A stretch of 64,000 nt of DNA from an uncultured Bacillus sp. (GTDB lineage: Bacteria; Bacillota; Bacilli; ZCTH02-B2), in contig CAMTVR010000025.1 of assembly GCA_947085265.1 (NCBI GenBank), positions 9,948 to 73,947 of the forward strand, given 5' to 3'. Below, piece after piece: positions 18,959 through 27,395 of this stretch. A program made the position numbers and the translations under genes. Within the stretch, counting starts at the first letter, position 1; the number at the start of each line of letters is the position of its first letter. The notes under the pieces are model-generated. The model saw only the letters and a program-made list of their open reading frames with translations. It made no database searches and was not told the DNA's origin.

Positions 18959-19652
18959 AGAACGTCACCTCCCGAGACGGATGGGCAAGTTTTTCCTTCA
19001 GCGCCTTCAACAGCGATTCGTCCCCGTCCAAAAGTCGCAGCGCGATCCATCGGCTCGGGTATTCGGAACCGACGAGCTGCTGCACTAGAGGTTCAAGGGC
19101 GGCAATCCGTTCTTCCAATGCCGGGCTGTATCGAATCTGAACTGGATGCGTGGAGATCTGCCCACGGATCATTTTGTCCAAGGTGTTTAAAAGCTCATCG
19201 AACCCTTCCCGGTTTCTGGCAGAGATGAGCGCCACCGGAACGCCCAACTGTGCTGAAAGTTTTTGCGCATCGATCCGAATCCCGCGCCGGCGCGCTTCGT
19301 CGATCAGGTTCACGGCAACGATCACGCGATCCGTGATCTCGAGAATCTGGAGAGCCAGATTCAGGTTTCGTTCCAGCGACGTGGCATCCGCAACGACCAC
19401 GGTTACATCAGGACGTCCGAAGATCAAGTAATCCCGCGCCACCTCTTCATCGGCAGAATTGGAAAACAGCGAATACGTGCCTGGCAGATCCACCACGGAA
19501 TAGGTTCGGTCGCGATAGGTAAAACTTCCTTCCGCTGAGGTCACGGTTTTCCCCGGCCAGTTGCCGGTATGCTGGCGCAGGCCTGTCAACTCGTTGAAGA
19601 GGGTGCTTTTGCCTGTGTTGGGGTTGCCGGCCAGTGCAATCCGATACTTCAC
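18933..19652 (-). CDS. feoB: FeoB N-terminal GTPase plus helical domain (separate ORF)
   Basis: G1 GNPNTGKST, G3 DLPG, FeoB-type G4/G5; ends 26 nt inside the next ORF in another frame. Confidence 0.85.
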   Translation of the reverse strand: MKYRIALAGNPNTGKSTLFNELTGLRQHTGNWPGKTVTSAEGSFTYRDRTYSVVDLPGTYSLFSNSADEEVARDYLIFGRPDVTVVVADATSLERNLNLALQILEITDRVIVAVNLIDEARRRGIRIDAQKLSAQLGVPVALISARNREGFDELLNTLDKMIRGQISTHPVQIRYSPALEERIAALEPLVQQLVGSEYPSRWIALRLLDGDESLLKALKEKLAHPSREVTFYEPVRVGF

Positions 19653-19658
19653 GCTTCC

Positions 19659-19919
19659 TCACCCGCCTTCGTTTCGAGTCGGAATTCCGAAAATCTTAGA
19701 GCTCTCTTCTTTTCGAAGGGCAATGACGGTGTGATTTACTGAAAAAGCGGCCGGATCGCCCAGTGGACTTTTGCGAACCATTTTGACCGTCGCACCGGGG
19801 ATAAAGCCCAGATCCAGCAAACGGCGCCGCATCGACCCTTCCAATGTCAGTTCCGTGATTTGAATTTCTTCTCCGGCCTTTAGTTCAGACAAGGCTTTAA
19901 CGTGATTGGAGGATGGCAA
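19659..19919 (-). CDS. feoA: FeoA family protein
   Basis: SH3-like FeoA sequence LSELKAGEEIQITEL...RRLLDLGFIPGATVKMVRKSPLGDP; TTG 19919 five nt after GGGAGGGGA (the track's longer start is less likely). Confidence 0.75.
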   Translation of the reverse strand: MPSSNHVKALSELKAGEEIQITELTLEGSMRRRLLDLGFIPGATVKMVRKSPLGDPAAFSVNHTVIALRKEESSKIFGIPTRNEGG

Positions 19920-19954
19920 GGGTTTCCCCTCCCGAATAAAGTTAGCCAATGATA

Positions 19955-19980
19955 TAAATGTTTCTCAAGGGAAACATTTA
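19955..19980. promoter_or_regulatory. perfect 26-bp inverted repeat TAAATGTTTC-n6-GAAACATTTA at the feoA +1/leader (candidate metalloregulator operator)
   Basis: 10-bp perfect arms read from the sequence, immediately downstream of the -10 box. Confidence 0.4.
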
Positions 19981-19985
19981 GGCAT

Positions 19986-20015
19986 ATTATATGAAAGAAA
20001 GGCGGGTTTTGTCAA
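19986..20015 (-). promoter_or_regulatory. sigma-A promoter of feoAB (TTGACA-18-TATAAT)
   Basis: On the minus strand: TTGACA at 20015-20010 and TATAAT at 19991-19986. Confidence 0.6.
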
Positions 20016-20037
20016 TCTGTTTTCTCACGGATTCGTA

Positions 20038-20907
20038 TCATTTTCTGGCGGCCGGCGAAAGACTGAAGGCCAAGCTGTACGTCAGCCAAAGGATGAAAAA
20101 ATGCTGCAGGCTTGCGGCTAGCATCGTACGGAAGGAGGACGGCAAGGGAAGAATGGCCGTCTGCAAAAAAGCGACCACCGCTGTGGTCAGCAGCCAGAAA
20201 GCCAGTGGCAACAAAAGGCTTTTGCCCCATGTCCAGCGCACCGTATGGCCAAAGGCCCGCGTGGCTCCCTGATACAGTTTGTCTCCCTCGGCCAAGCTGA
20301 CCTGCCAAAAGGTGAAAAAACTAAAACCCCAGCTGAAGAAAAGAGCGGCAAGCAACAGCAAGAGAGGGATGGTTGCCAACATTTCTGATTTTCCGTACAT
20401 CAACAGTTGGCTGGCGAACACCCACAGCAGCCAACCGAGACCGCCCATCAACAGGCCGCCGACGAAAAATTGCAGCAGGATGACGACAAAAAAGGCCGGC
20501 AAACGATGGGACAGCTGTTGCCATAAAAGGAGGAACGAGACGGTAGGTTGGGGTTGCCGCAGTTGGGAAAAAACAAGGACTTGAAGGAACGGTTGGAGCA
20601 GCAACTGCAGCAGGGCAATGATTCCTAAAGCCAGTAAAATCTGCCGGAGAAAGGGGGATGCGAAGAGTTCATGTCCTCCTTCCATGGCCAGTGTGATGTA
20701 GCTTTCCACAGGCACCCTTTCCAGTGCTGCCGGCGGGATGAGCGGGAGCAGCTTGGATAGCCCGGGGAGGATGACTTGCTGATTGAACCAGGTAAACAAA
20801 AGACTGACAAGAACAAGCAACAGCCACACAGACCAACTGGCCGTAGTCAGATGCCATCCGGAACGGATGGCCTGCGTTACGCCGGTTTTCTTGGTCAACA
20901 TCATCAC
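20038..20907 (-). CDS. polytopic membrane protein, hypothetical (downstream of the M1 peptidase in the same operon)
   Basis: ~8 TM helices and no motif; 10-nt gap to the peptidase gene. Confidence 0.5.
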   Translation of the reverse strand: MMMLTKKTGVTQAIRSGWHLTTASWSVWLLLVLVSLLFTWFNQQVILPGLSKLLPLIPPAALERVPVESYITLAMEGGHELFASPFLRQILLALGIIALLQLLLQPFLQVLVFSQLRQPQPTVSFLLLWQQLSHRLPAFFVVILLQFFVGGLLMGGLGWLLWVFASQLLMYGKSEMLATIPLLLLLAALFFSWGFSFFTFWQVSLAEGDKLYQGATRAFGHTVRWTWGKSLLLPLAFWLLTTAVVAFLQTAILPLPSSFRTMLAASLQHFFILWLTYSLAFSLSPAARK

Positions 20908-20916
20908 CCCCCTCGA

Positions 20917-22803
20917 TCAGAACAGCCAGAGTTTGAGATGTTCCAGCCAGAAACTGAGCTGTTTAGCCCATGTGAGAATCATCTTTTGACTCACGGGCCT
21001 GTACAGATTGTTGACGTGCCGGATCTCCATCGGGTTGGAAAATTCGGGATCGATCCAGGCCCATTGGATGGCTGGCCCTTCCAGTAGGACCGGGTTGGGC
21101 CCGCTTCTTGCGTTCCAGGTGATTTCCTCCATCTGTCCATTCTCAAATCGAATCAAGAGCGGGACGTCCTGGCCCAAATCGTTTGTCACATCCAATGTGA
21201 TGAAATGCCGGTATCGCCCAAGCTCCGCAGTGGCTTCAGAAGAGATGCCCTTGATCTGGTAATCCACCATCCGCCCGGCAAAGACGAAGCGGTTGAAAAA
21301 GTCATCAAAATTCTTCCCGCTGACTTCGTTGATCGTGGCCAGAAAATTTTCCGTCGACGGGTGAGAAAAGCGGAAACGTTCGAAGTAGGTTTTCAGGATC
21401 TGGAACATCTGCTCCTCGCCGACCACCTCTTCGATGCCGGAGAGGACGCGAGCGGCGCGCAGATACACATTGGCGGCATACGTGTCGTCCCCGTATTCCC
21501 AGGCAGGCAGGCTCAAGGGGGCTGGCTTCAGAATCGGCGTCATCATCGCTAACTTGTTGTAATGGGGGAGAAGGGTGGACATCATCTTGTTTTCGCTATA
21601 GGTGGCCAGTCCTTCATCCAACCAAGGTTCTTCAAACTCATTCGAAGCTACCATGCCATACCAGTATTGATGGGCCAGCTCGTGGACCACCACCTGTTCG
21701 ATGGCCAGACTTTCAACCGGGATGGAGGCATCCCAAGCCGTGATCAATGTCGGATATTCCATTCCGCCCGCGCCGCCCGCTCCGGGGGGTGGGACGACAA
21801 TGCTCAAGGTGTCATAAGGATAGGAGCCAAACCAGGCGCCAAATTGAGTCATGGTCTGCTGAGTGATTTGAAAGTATCGTTCCTTGGCTGATTGGTGGTT
21901 TGGATCCAGGTACAATAAGACGGTGATGCCGCGCGACCCAAGCTCAGGATAGCGACGCTTTTCAACGAGGAAATGGGGTGAGGCCGCCCATGCGAAGTCG
22001 TGCACATCCAGCGCTTGAAAGGTCAGGTGTTTCCAGCCGCCCAGAGGTTCAGGTTCAGCCACGAGTTTGCCGGTTGCCGCCACTTGATAGGATACAGGAA
22101 CGGTGATCGTCACCTCATAGGCTCCAAAGTCGGCATAAAACTCTGAATGCGCATGGTACTGATGCGCATTCCATCCTTCGTCTTGCCGCTGCCGCTGTCC
22201 AGCCACCTCATACGCCGCCAATTTGGGAAACCATTGTCCCGCCATGACAAACTCATGAAAATATCCCATCCGGGCAAATACTTTGGGCAGTTGAACGCGA
22301 AACTTCACATCCAGTTCCAACGTTGCTCCCGGTTGTACCGGTTGAGGCAGCAACACCCGCGCCAGGGTGCGATCGCGAGGATTTCCGTCATCTGGCTGGA
22401 CAAATTCCATGTTGGGCAACAAGTTGGTACCGTCGGCCAATCGGAGTGCGGTGATCTCCATCCAACCCGGATAGCGCCGATCCATTTTCTCTTCACGCAG
22501 GATGCCGCCCGACTCTTTGATAAACGTGGAGCCTTCTGAAAAGGCGTTTGGGTAGAGGTGGAGATAGAGCTCTGAGACTGCTTTTTTGCCGGGATGATGC
22601 CAGCGAATGTGTTCTGTTCCGAGCAACTGCTTTGATTCGGGATCCAGCTTGACATCAATCTGATAGGCGACCCGGCGTTCGCTAAGCGCTTCATCTTCCC
22701 TCGCTTCGGCAGGTGAAAGCCTGAGCATGGACAGCAAGGCGAGGCATAGGATGCTGGGTACGAGGATCAGGAAACAAAGCCAAAGCGGCACAGTTCTTCG
22801 CAC
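20917..22803 (-). CDS. M1 family metallopeptidase (aminopeptidase N-like), secreted
   Basis: Signal peptide; HEXXH...E zinc motif VVHELAHQYWYG...WLDEGLATY; GTG 22803 after GGAAAGGGGGAA. Confidence 0.8.
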   Translation of the reverse strand: MRRTVPLWLCFLILVPSILCLALLSMLRLSPAEAREDEALSERRVAYQIDVKLDPESKQLLGTEHIRWHHPGKKAVSELYLHLYPNAFSEGSTFIKESGGILREEKMDRRYPGWMEITALRLADGTNLLPNMEFVQPDDGNPRDRTLARVLLPQPVQPGATLELDVKFRVQLPKVFARMGYFHEFVMAGQWFPKLAAYEVAGQRQRQDEGWNAHQYHAHSEFYADFGAYEVTITVPVSYQVAATGKLVAEPEPLGGWKHLTFQALDVHDFAWAASPHFLVEKRRYPELGSRGITVLLYLDPNHQSAKERYFQITQQTMTQFGAWFGSYPYDTLSIVVPPPGAGGAGGMEYPTLITAWDASIPVESLAIEQVVVHELAHQYWYGMVASNEFEEPWLDEGLATYSENKMMSTLLPHYNKLAMMTPILKPAPLSLPAWEYGDDTYAANVYLRAARVLSGIEEVVGEEQMFQILKTYFERFRFSHPSTENFLATINEVSGKNFDDFFNRFVFAGRMVDYQIKGISSEATAELGRYRHFITLDVTNDLGQDVPLLIRFENGQMEEITWNARSGPNPVLLEGPAIQWAWIDPEFSNPMEIRHVNNLYRPVSQKMILTWAKQLSFWLEHLKLWLF

Positions 22804-22875
22804 GCCGGTTCCCCCTTTCCATGGTTTTCGAAACGATCATCTTACAGATGCCATTCATGCCGCGTGATTCATGAG

Positions 22876-22907
22876 TCATCATATGTAGTTATCATCATAT
22901 GTCGTTA
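22876..22907. repeat. tandem 16-bp direct repeat TCATCATATGTAGTTA / TCATCATATGTCGTTA upstream of the M1 peptidase promoter
   Basis: 15/16 identical, directly adjacent copies; they lie just upstream of the -35 region of the peptidase gene on the minus strand. Confidence 0.5.
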
Positions 22908-23026
22908 TTGTAGCAAACATGTCCATTTGCCTGACAACCGGCTGGTATTGAACGCTTCTCAGAAAAAAGATTAAAAATCCAAGGCTTTGCCCCTCTGATG
23001 CACACATTTCCTCGAGGAATCCGCGT

Positions 23027-23055
23027 TCTGTCACACTTGACTAAGAACACATGTT
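23027..23055 (+). promoter_or_regulatory. sigma-A promoter TTGACT-17-TATGAT with an embedded Cheo/LexA-type box AGAACACATGTTCG (23034-23047)
   Basis: The GAAC-N4-GTTC core matches the Bacillus LexA consensus CGAACATATGTTCG at 12 of 14 positions and sits in the promoter spacer. Confidence 0.45.
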
Positions 23056-23114
23056 CGTATATGATGGATGGACAGGTCCGCTTTTGCTGAAATATTAGAA
23101 ACCGGAGGGGGATT

Positions 23115-23651
23115 ATGAAACGTCAGGAAGTAGAAAGGGCTGTGGAACAGTTTGTCCTGCAGGGCGTCGCCTTTTTGCCGGAAAATCAGCCTGGCATCGG
23201 GGATCAATTGCGTCTGCTGCAGGAGAATGGCTTGTCCATGATACTGCCGGTGCAAGTCAAGCGGTTTTTGAATGGGATCGCCTACTACTATGGAACCGAT
23301 TTGACGGCGATGCGCCAGCGCTACGGCCAGGCGATTGCCCGCAAGCAGTTGATCCCACTGCCTTTTACGGGAGACTGGGTTCTGGTTCCGTTTAAGGTCA
23401 GAAACCCGATTGGACGGCAGGTGGTGCATGGTTGGTTTGTGGCGCATCAGATTCACCAGCTGGAGCCGTTGGCGCCGCAAAGAACGCGGCTCCTGTTGGC
23501 AGGCGGACATGAGGTGTCTGTCTATCACTCGTTGAATTTTTGCCAATTGCAGCTGCGTCACGTAAGGTTGGTTCGGCATTTTTACGAAGAGATTCACTTT
23601 CTCAGATATTCCGCACTGGCCAGGGAACGGAGAAAGCCCTTCCTTTATTAA
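23115..23651 (+). CDS. ComK-family competence transcription factor-like protein
   Basis: IPLPFTGDWVLVPFKVRNPIGRQVVHGWFVAHQIHQLE...EVSVYHSLNFCQLQLRHVRL parallels B. subtilis ComK PPIMVDPSNQIFLFPTLSSTRPQCGWISHVHVKEF...; SD GGAGGGGG before ATG. Confidence 0.55.
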   Translation: MKRQEVERAVEQFVLQGVAFLPENQPGIGDQLRLLQENGLSMILPVQVKRFLNGIAYYYGTDLTAMRQRYGQAIARKQLIPLPFTGDWVLVPFKVRNPIGRQVVHGWFVAHQIHQLEPLAPQRTRLLLAGGHEVSVYHSLNFCQLQLRHVRLVRHFYEEIHFLRYSALARERRKPFLY

Positions 23652-23654
23652 AAT

Positions 23655-23697
23655 GGACCGGTTCAGAGGAACGCTTCCGGATATCGGTCCTTTTTTT
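23655..23697 (+). terminator. rho-independent terminator after the comK-like gene
   Basis: GGACCG...CGGTCC stem followed by TTTTTTT. Confidence 0.5.
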
Positions 23698-23878
23698 GTT
23701 CCTGACAAGCGTCCCGGCTCGTGTCAACAATTTTTTCTTTCAGGCTCAAATCCCTCCATCGGGGCAAGAAGGCGAGGCGAGGCTGAAGGTGCGCTTGTGA
23801 GAGCAAGTCTGTATCCTGTTCTTGCGCGCATATGCAATCGGAAGGGCCGGCCCTCCACAGATGGAGGGAGTTTGCGGG

Positions 23879-24472
23879 ATGTCGGGGAAACAGTGGCGAA
23901 AGCATGACATTTCAGGGGATCAAATTGACGCGTGGGTGCTGGCTGTCCAGCGGGGCGAAACACATTGGTTGCCGGAGATTGTCGCGCATTATGAACCATT
24001 GGTACGGAGCCTTGCCAGAAGAATGAACTGTTCATGGGAGGATGCCTGCCAGGAGGGCCGTTTGGCTGTCGTCGAGGCGGTTTACCGGTTCGATGCGACA
24101 AGGGGCTGCTATTTTGGCTTCTTTGTCAAAAAGCGGGTGTGGGCCGCGCTGCGTACCTTGCAGAGACGGGAATGGCGATGGCTGGGAGAAGTCCTCAAAC
24201 GGGCGCCGGCGAATGAGGATGAAGAGAGGGACAGGTGGGAGGAGCAACCTGATCCGCGCGCGCAGGTGTTGGATGAGCGTCTCTTCTGGCAGCTGTTGTC
24301 GGAAGTGCTTTCGGAAAGGGAACAATTGGTGATCAAAAAACATCTCGTGGCAGGTCATACTCTGCGGGAGTTGGCCGCTGAGGAAGGCGTTTCGGTGGAG
24401 ACGGTGAAAACCTGGAAGCGGCGTGCCTTGCATAAACTTCGCGCGGCTGCGGATCGTTTGTTCGAGAGGTGA
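23879..24472 (+). CDS. sigma-70 family RNA polymerase sigma factor (regions 2 and 4)
   Basis: Region 2 (HYEPLVRSLARRM...LAVVEAVYRFD) and region 4 HTH (LSEREQLVIKKHLVAGHTLRELAAEEGVSVETVKTWKRRALHKLR); ATG 23879 nine nt after GGAGGGAG. Confidence 0.75.
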   Translation: MSGKQWRKHDISGDQIDAWVLAVQRGETHWLPEIVAHYEPLVRSLARRMNCSWEDACQEGRLAVVEAVYRFDATRGCYFGFFVKKRVWAALRTLQRREWRWLGEVLKRAPANEDEERDRWEEQPDPRAQVLDERLFWQLLSEVLSEREQLVIKKHLVAGHTLRELAAEEGVSVETVKTWKRRALHKLRAAADRLFER

Positions 24473-24510
24473 TGTCCCCCCTTTGCCCGGTTGAGGGGCA
24501 CTTTATCCAG

Positions 24511-24524
24511 TGTGACCGGTCACA
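24511..24524. promoter_or_regulatory. 14-bp perfect palindrome TGTGACCGGTCACA upstream of the DUF1659 gene
   Basis: Read directly from the sequence; ~70 nt upstream of ATG 24593. Confidence 0.3.
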
Positions 24525-24592
24525 CAAGCCGGCCCGTCAGGTCCGGTAGGGTATCATGACACATCTGAAATCAAGAAGGGAGAGGGATGTAG

Positions 24593-24814
24593 ATGGCTGT
24601 TACGAAAATTTCCGGCATGAGCCGCCTGGTGCTGGGGTTTGAAGTCGGGATGGACGAGTTTGGGCGACCCATCCTGCTCAGCCAGACATTGCAAAATGTT
24701 CGTCCTGATGCGGATGACCAGGATGTGTACGATGTGGCGCAAGCTCTGGCCAGCCTGCAGTCTTATCCGTTGGGTTACGTGAACCGGATTGATCAAGCCC
24801 AATTGACGGAGTAA
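24593..24814 (+). CDS. DUF1659-like small protein
   Basis: 73 aa; SD AGGGAGAGGGATG; usually paired with a DUF2922 gene in Bacilli. Confidence 0.45.
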   Translation: MAVTKISGMSRLVLGFEVGMDEFGRPILLSQTLQNVRPDADDQDVYDVAQALASLQSYPLGYVNRIDQAQLTE

Positions 24815-24849
24815 GGTTTTGAATCTGAAAATCCAGTTCAGAGTGAGGA

Positions 24850-25080
24850 GTGAGGCGCATGAACACTAAGACGCTGGAATTGATTTTTCGCACTGCCGCC
24901 GGGCGGACCGTGCGGATCACCCTCAGGGATCCGATTGAACCGGTTGACCCGATGGTTGTCAACAATGTCATGGACACCATCTTGGCAAAAAATCTCTTTC
25001 AAACCAATGGCGCTGATTGGGTGGAAAAGGTAGGCGCCCGCGTGCAAGATCGGACGATCACGGAACTTCCTTTGGTGTAA
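24850..25080 (+). CDS. DUF2922-like small protein
   Basis: 76 aa; SD AGGAGTGAGG; tandem with a DUF1659-like gene. Confidence 0.45.
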   Translation: MRRMNTKTLELIFRTAAGRTVRITLRDPIEPVDPMVVNNVMDTILAKNLFQTNGADWVEKVGARVQDRTITELPLV

Positions 25081-25163
25081 CGGATCTTTAGTTTTTTTGT
25101 ATCGTTTCGCCTGACACGTGGTGGCAGGGAATACAGGATTGAGAGAAAAGGCCGATAGGGAAC

Positions 25164-25193
25164 GGAGGGGGAACATACCCCCTCCATCTTTTT
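25164..25193 (+). terminator. rho-independent terminator
   Basis: GGAGGGGG-aacata-CCCCCTCC followed by a T-run. Confidence 0.6.
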
Positions 25194-25227
25194 ACAGAGA
25201 GATGGTTATCAGGGAGGGAATGAGCAG

Positions 25228-25380
25228 ATGGATGTCTGGATCGATTTGTTGAAGGACCTGGGCTTCCCGATTGTAGTGACCTTTTATTTGCTCACGCGCA
25301 TCGAGGCGAAACTCGAACATTTGGCATCCAGCATTATCCGCTTGGACCAGACGCTCCTGGAGTGGCTGGAAAAGAGGTAA
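25228..25380 (+). CDS. YvrJ family small protein (50 aa; below the ORF-track size cutoff)
   Basis: MDVWIDLLKDLGFPIVVTFYLLTRIEAKLEHLASSIIRLDQTLLEWLEKR closely resembles B. subtilis YvrJ; SD AGGGAGGGAATGAGCAG before ATG 25228. Confidence 0.6.
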   Translation: MDVWIDLLKDLGFPIVVTFYLLTRIEAKLEHLASSIIRLDQTLLEWLEKR

Positions 25381-25484
25381 CCCGATGGGTCCGCAAACAG
25401 TTGTTAATGAAAAGTAATGGTAATCTCCAGGGATTCGGTAGTATAATGATTTTGTGCAGAGATCGAACCTGGGGAGGTTTTCGT

Positions 25485-26267
25485 ATGGATCTCGGTTTGC
25501 AGGATAAGGTAGCCCTGGTGGTCGCAGCGAGCAAAGGATTGGGACTGGCTGTCGCAAAGGAACTGGCGCAGGAAGGGGCACGCGTGGTCATTGCCAGCAG
25601 GGACTCATCCCGGATCCAACAAGCAGCGGAGATCATCGAACAGGATACGGGAAAATCTGTCTATCCTCTCGTGGCAGATGTCGGACGAGCGGAAGAAATT
25701 AAAGCCCTGACTGATGAAGTGGGCAAGCGTTACGGGCGGTTGGATGTTCTGATTGCCAATGCGGGAGGACCTCCAAGCGGAAAGTTTCAGGATTTTGATG
25801 ATGGGGACTGGGAAGATGCGTTTGTACGGAATTTTCTCAGCGTGGTTCGGCTGATTCGGGGCAGCCTGCCGTGGATGAGCGAAGGGGGCAGGGTGGTGGC
25901 GCTGGCTTCTTCCTCCGTTCGCCAGCCGCTTCCCGGGCTGATTCTCTCCAACACGATGCGGGCGGGAGTGGCTGCCCTGATCAAGACATTGGCCGAAGAG
26001 CTGGCTGGTCAAGGAATCCTGCTGAACACGGTATGTCCCGGGCGAATTGCCACGGATCGTCTCATTGAATTAGATTCCATCCGGGCACAAAACCTGGGCC
26101 TCAGTTTGGATGAGGTGCGCAGAGAAACGGAAGCTACCATTCCCTTGAAGCGCTACGGAGAACCGGAAGAATTTGCCCGTGCCGTTGCATTTCTGGCTTC
26201 CTGGGCGAACACGTATATCACCGGGCAGGTGCTGCTGGTAGATGGTGGACTGGTTCGGGCCTTATAA
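25485..26267 (+). CDS. SDR family oxidoreductase
   Basis: VALVVAASKGLGLAVAKELAQEGARVVIASRD (Rossmann), NAG motif, catalytic S..Y-less variant with an NTMRAGV region; -10 TATAAT at 25443-25448; SD GGGGAGG. Confidence 0.8.
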   Translation: MDLGLQDKVALVVAASKGLGLAVAKELAQEGARVVIASRDSSRIQQAAEIIEQDTGKSVYPLVADVGRAEEIKALTDEVGKRYGRLDVLIANAGGPPSGKFQDFDDGDWEDAFVRNFLSVVRLIRGSLPWMSEGGRVVALASSSVRQPLPGLILSNTMRAGVAALIKTLAEELAGQGILLNTVCPGRIATDRLIELDSIRAQNLGLSLDEVRRETEATIPLKRYGEPEEFARAVAFLASWANTYITGQVLLVDGGLVRAL

Positions 26268-26284
26268 TAAAGGCCCTCTTTGTA
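26258..26284 (+). terminator. rho-independent terminator after the SDR gene
   Basis: GGGCCTT-ataata-AAGGCCC plus TCTTTGT. Confidence 0.5.
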
Positions 26285-26359
26285 TGATTGTTTCATTTTT
26301 AGTAAGATGTGGACGTGGGACGGTTGGGCAGATAAGCGGAATCTTTAGGAGGGATATCG

Positions 26360-26761
26360 ATGACAGAGGTTCAGGAAAATGGTGTCGTTCGCATCGCGGA
26401 TGATGTGGTGGCAATCATTGCCGGAGTGGCTGCTTCTGAGACAGAGGGAGTGGCCAGTATGTCAGGCGGGATTACGGAAGGTTTTGCGCGCCGCGTCAGC
26501 GGGAAAAACGTCACGAAAGGAGTCAGTGTCGAAGTCGGCTCCGTCGAAGCAGCCATTGATCTGCGCGTGATTGTCAAATATGGCGTGAAGATTCACGAAG
26601 TGGCCCGAAAGTTGCAGGAAAACGTCAAGGAAGCTGTGGAGACGATGACAGGTTTGAGGGTGGTCGAAGTGAATGTGAAAGTGGAGGGTGTGGATTTTCC
26701 GGAGAACCCTCCACGGCAAGCTGCCAAAGAAAAAGTCGTGGAGGAACCCCGGCTGAAGTAA
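26360..26761 (+). CDS. Asp23/Gls24 family envelope stress protein (alkaline shock protein-like)
   Basis: VRIADDVVAIIAGVAASETEGVASMSGGITEGF and a C-terminal VEVNVKVEGVDF, typical of Asp23. Confidence 0.85.
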   Translation: MTEVQENGVVRIADDVVAIIAGVAASETEGVASMSGGITEGFARRVSGKNVTKGVSVEVGSVEAAIDLRVIVKYGVKIHEVARKLQENVKEAVETMTGLRVVEVNVKVEGVDFPENPPRQAAKEKVVEEPRLK

Positions 26762-26765
26762 CTGC

Positions 26766-27167
26766 TCAACCTCGAAGCCACGATAATACCAGGAGATGGC
26801 CTAGCGCGACAAAGCCCAGTCCGACGAGATTGCTGCTCAATATGTAGAGCAGTGCGGTGGCGATTTTTCCTTCCTGGAATAAGAGCAGCGCCTCATTGGC
26901 GAAAGTCGAAAAGGTGGTAAATGCTCCAAGAAAGCCGGTAATGAGGAAGGCGCGACCGGTCGGCGTGATCCAGGTTGTTTCCAGACCTAAGGTGAAGATC
27001 ACGCCGATCGTCAGGCAGCCCAATGCGTTGACGACCCAAGTCCCATAGGGGAAAAAAGGAAATGCGGCGTCGGTCAGCACTGTGATTAGGTTTGACAATA
27101 CATATCTCGCTACGGCGCCCAATGCTCCGCCTAGTCCGATGGCAAGGAAAATCTCCAGTTTTTCCAA
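26766..27167 (-). CDS. crcB: fluoride efflux channel CrcB/FluC
   Basis: GGALGAVARYV and GFLGAFTTFSTF motifs; TTG 27167 seven nt after GGGAGGAAG (alternative ATG 27197). Confidence 0.8.
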   Translation of the reverse strand: MEKLEIFLAIGLGGALGAVARYVLSNLITVLTDAAFPFFPYGTWVVNALGCLTIGVIFTLGLETTWITPTGRAFLITGFLGAFTTFSTFANEALLLFQEGKIATALLYILSSNLVGLGFVALGHLLVLSWLRG

Positions 27168-27395
27168 ACCGCTTCCTCCCGATCGTGCGATTGACATCGG
27201 ATACTACAATTTTATTATACGTGAAAACAACTTACGTTGCACTTGGGCCCGTTTTTGATCGAGAAAAATTTTGAAAAGAATGTGTCTGATCGATGAACAA
27301 TCGGTGAAATGTTACGAAAAGTATGGTCGGTCTGTGGCGTGACGGTATGAGATGGGATAAAATGGGCTTAACCAATCGTGGGAGGGGAGCATTCC

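Noticed and set aside
27198-27395. Expected fluoride riboswitch (crcB motif) upstream of crcB
   Set aside because: Neither strand shows the conserved GGnGAUGG...GUUCnCC / AACCGCC / CUGAUGAUUCCUAC elements. Only a TTGACA-type promoter pointing toward uspA is evident.
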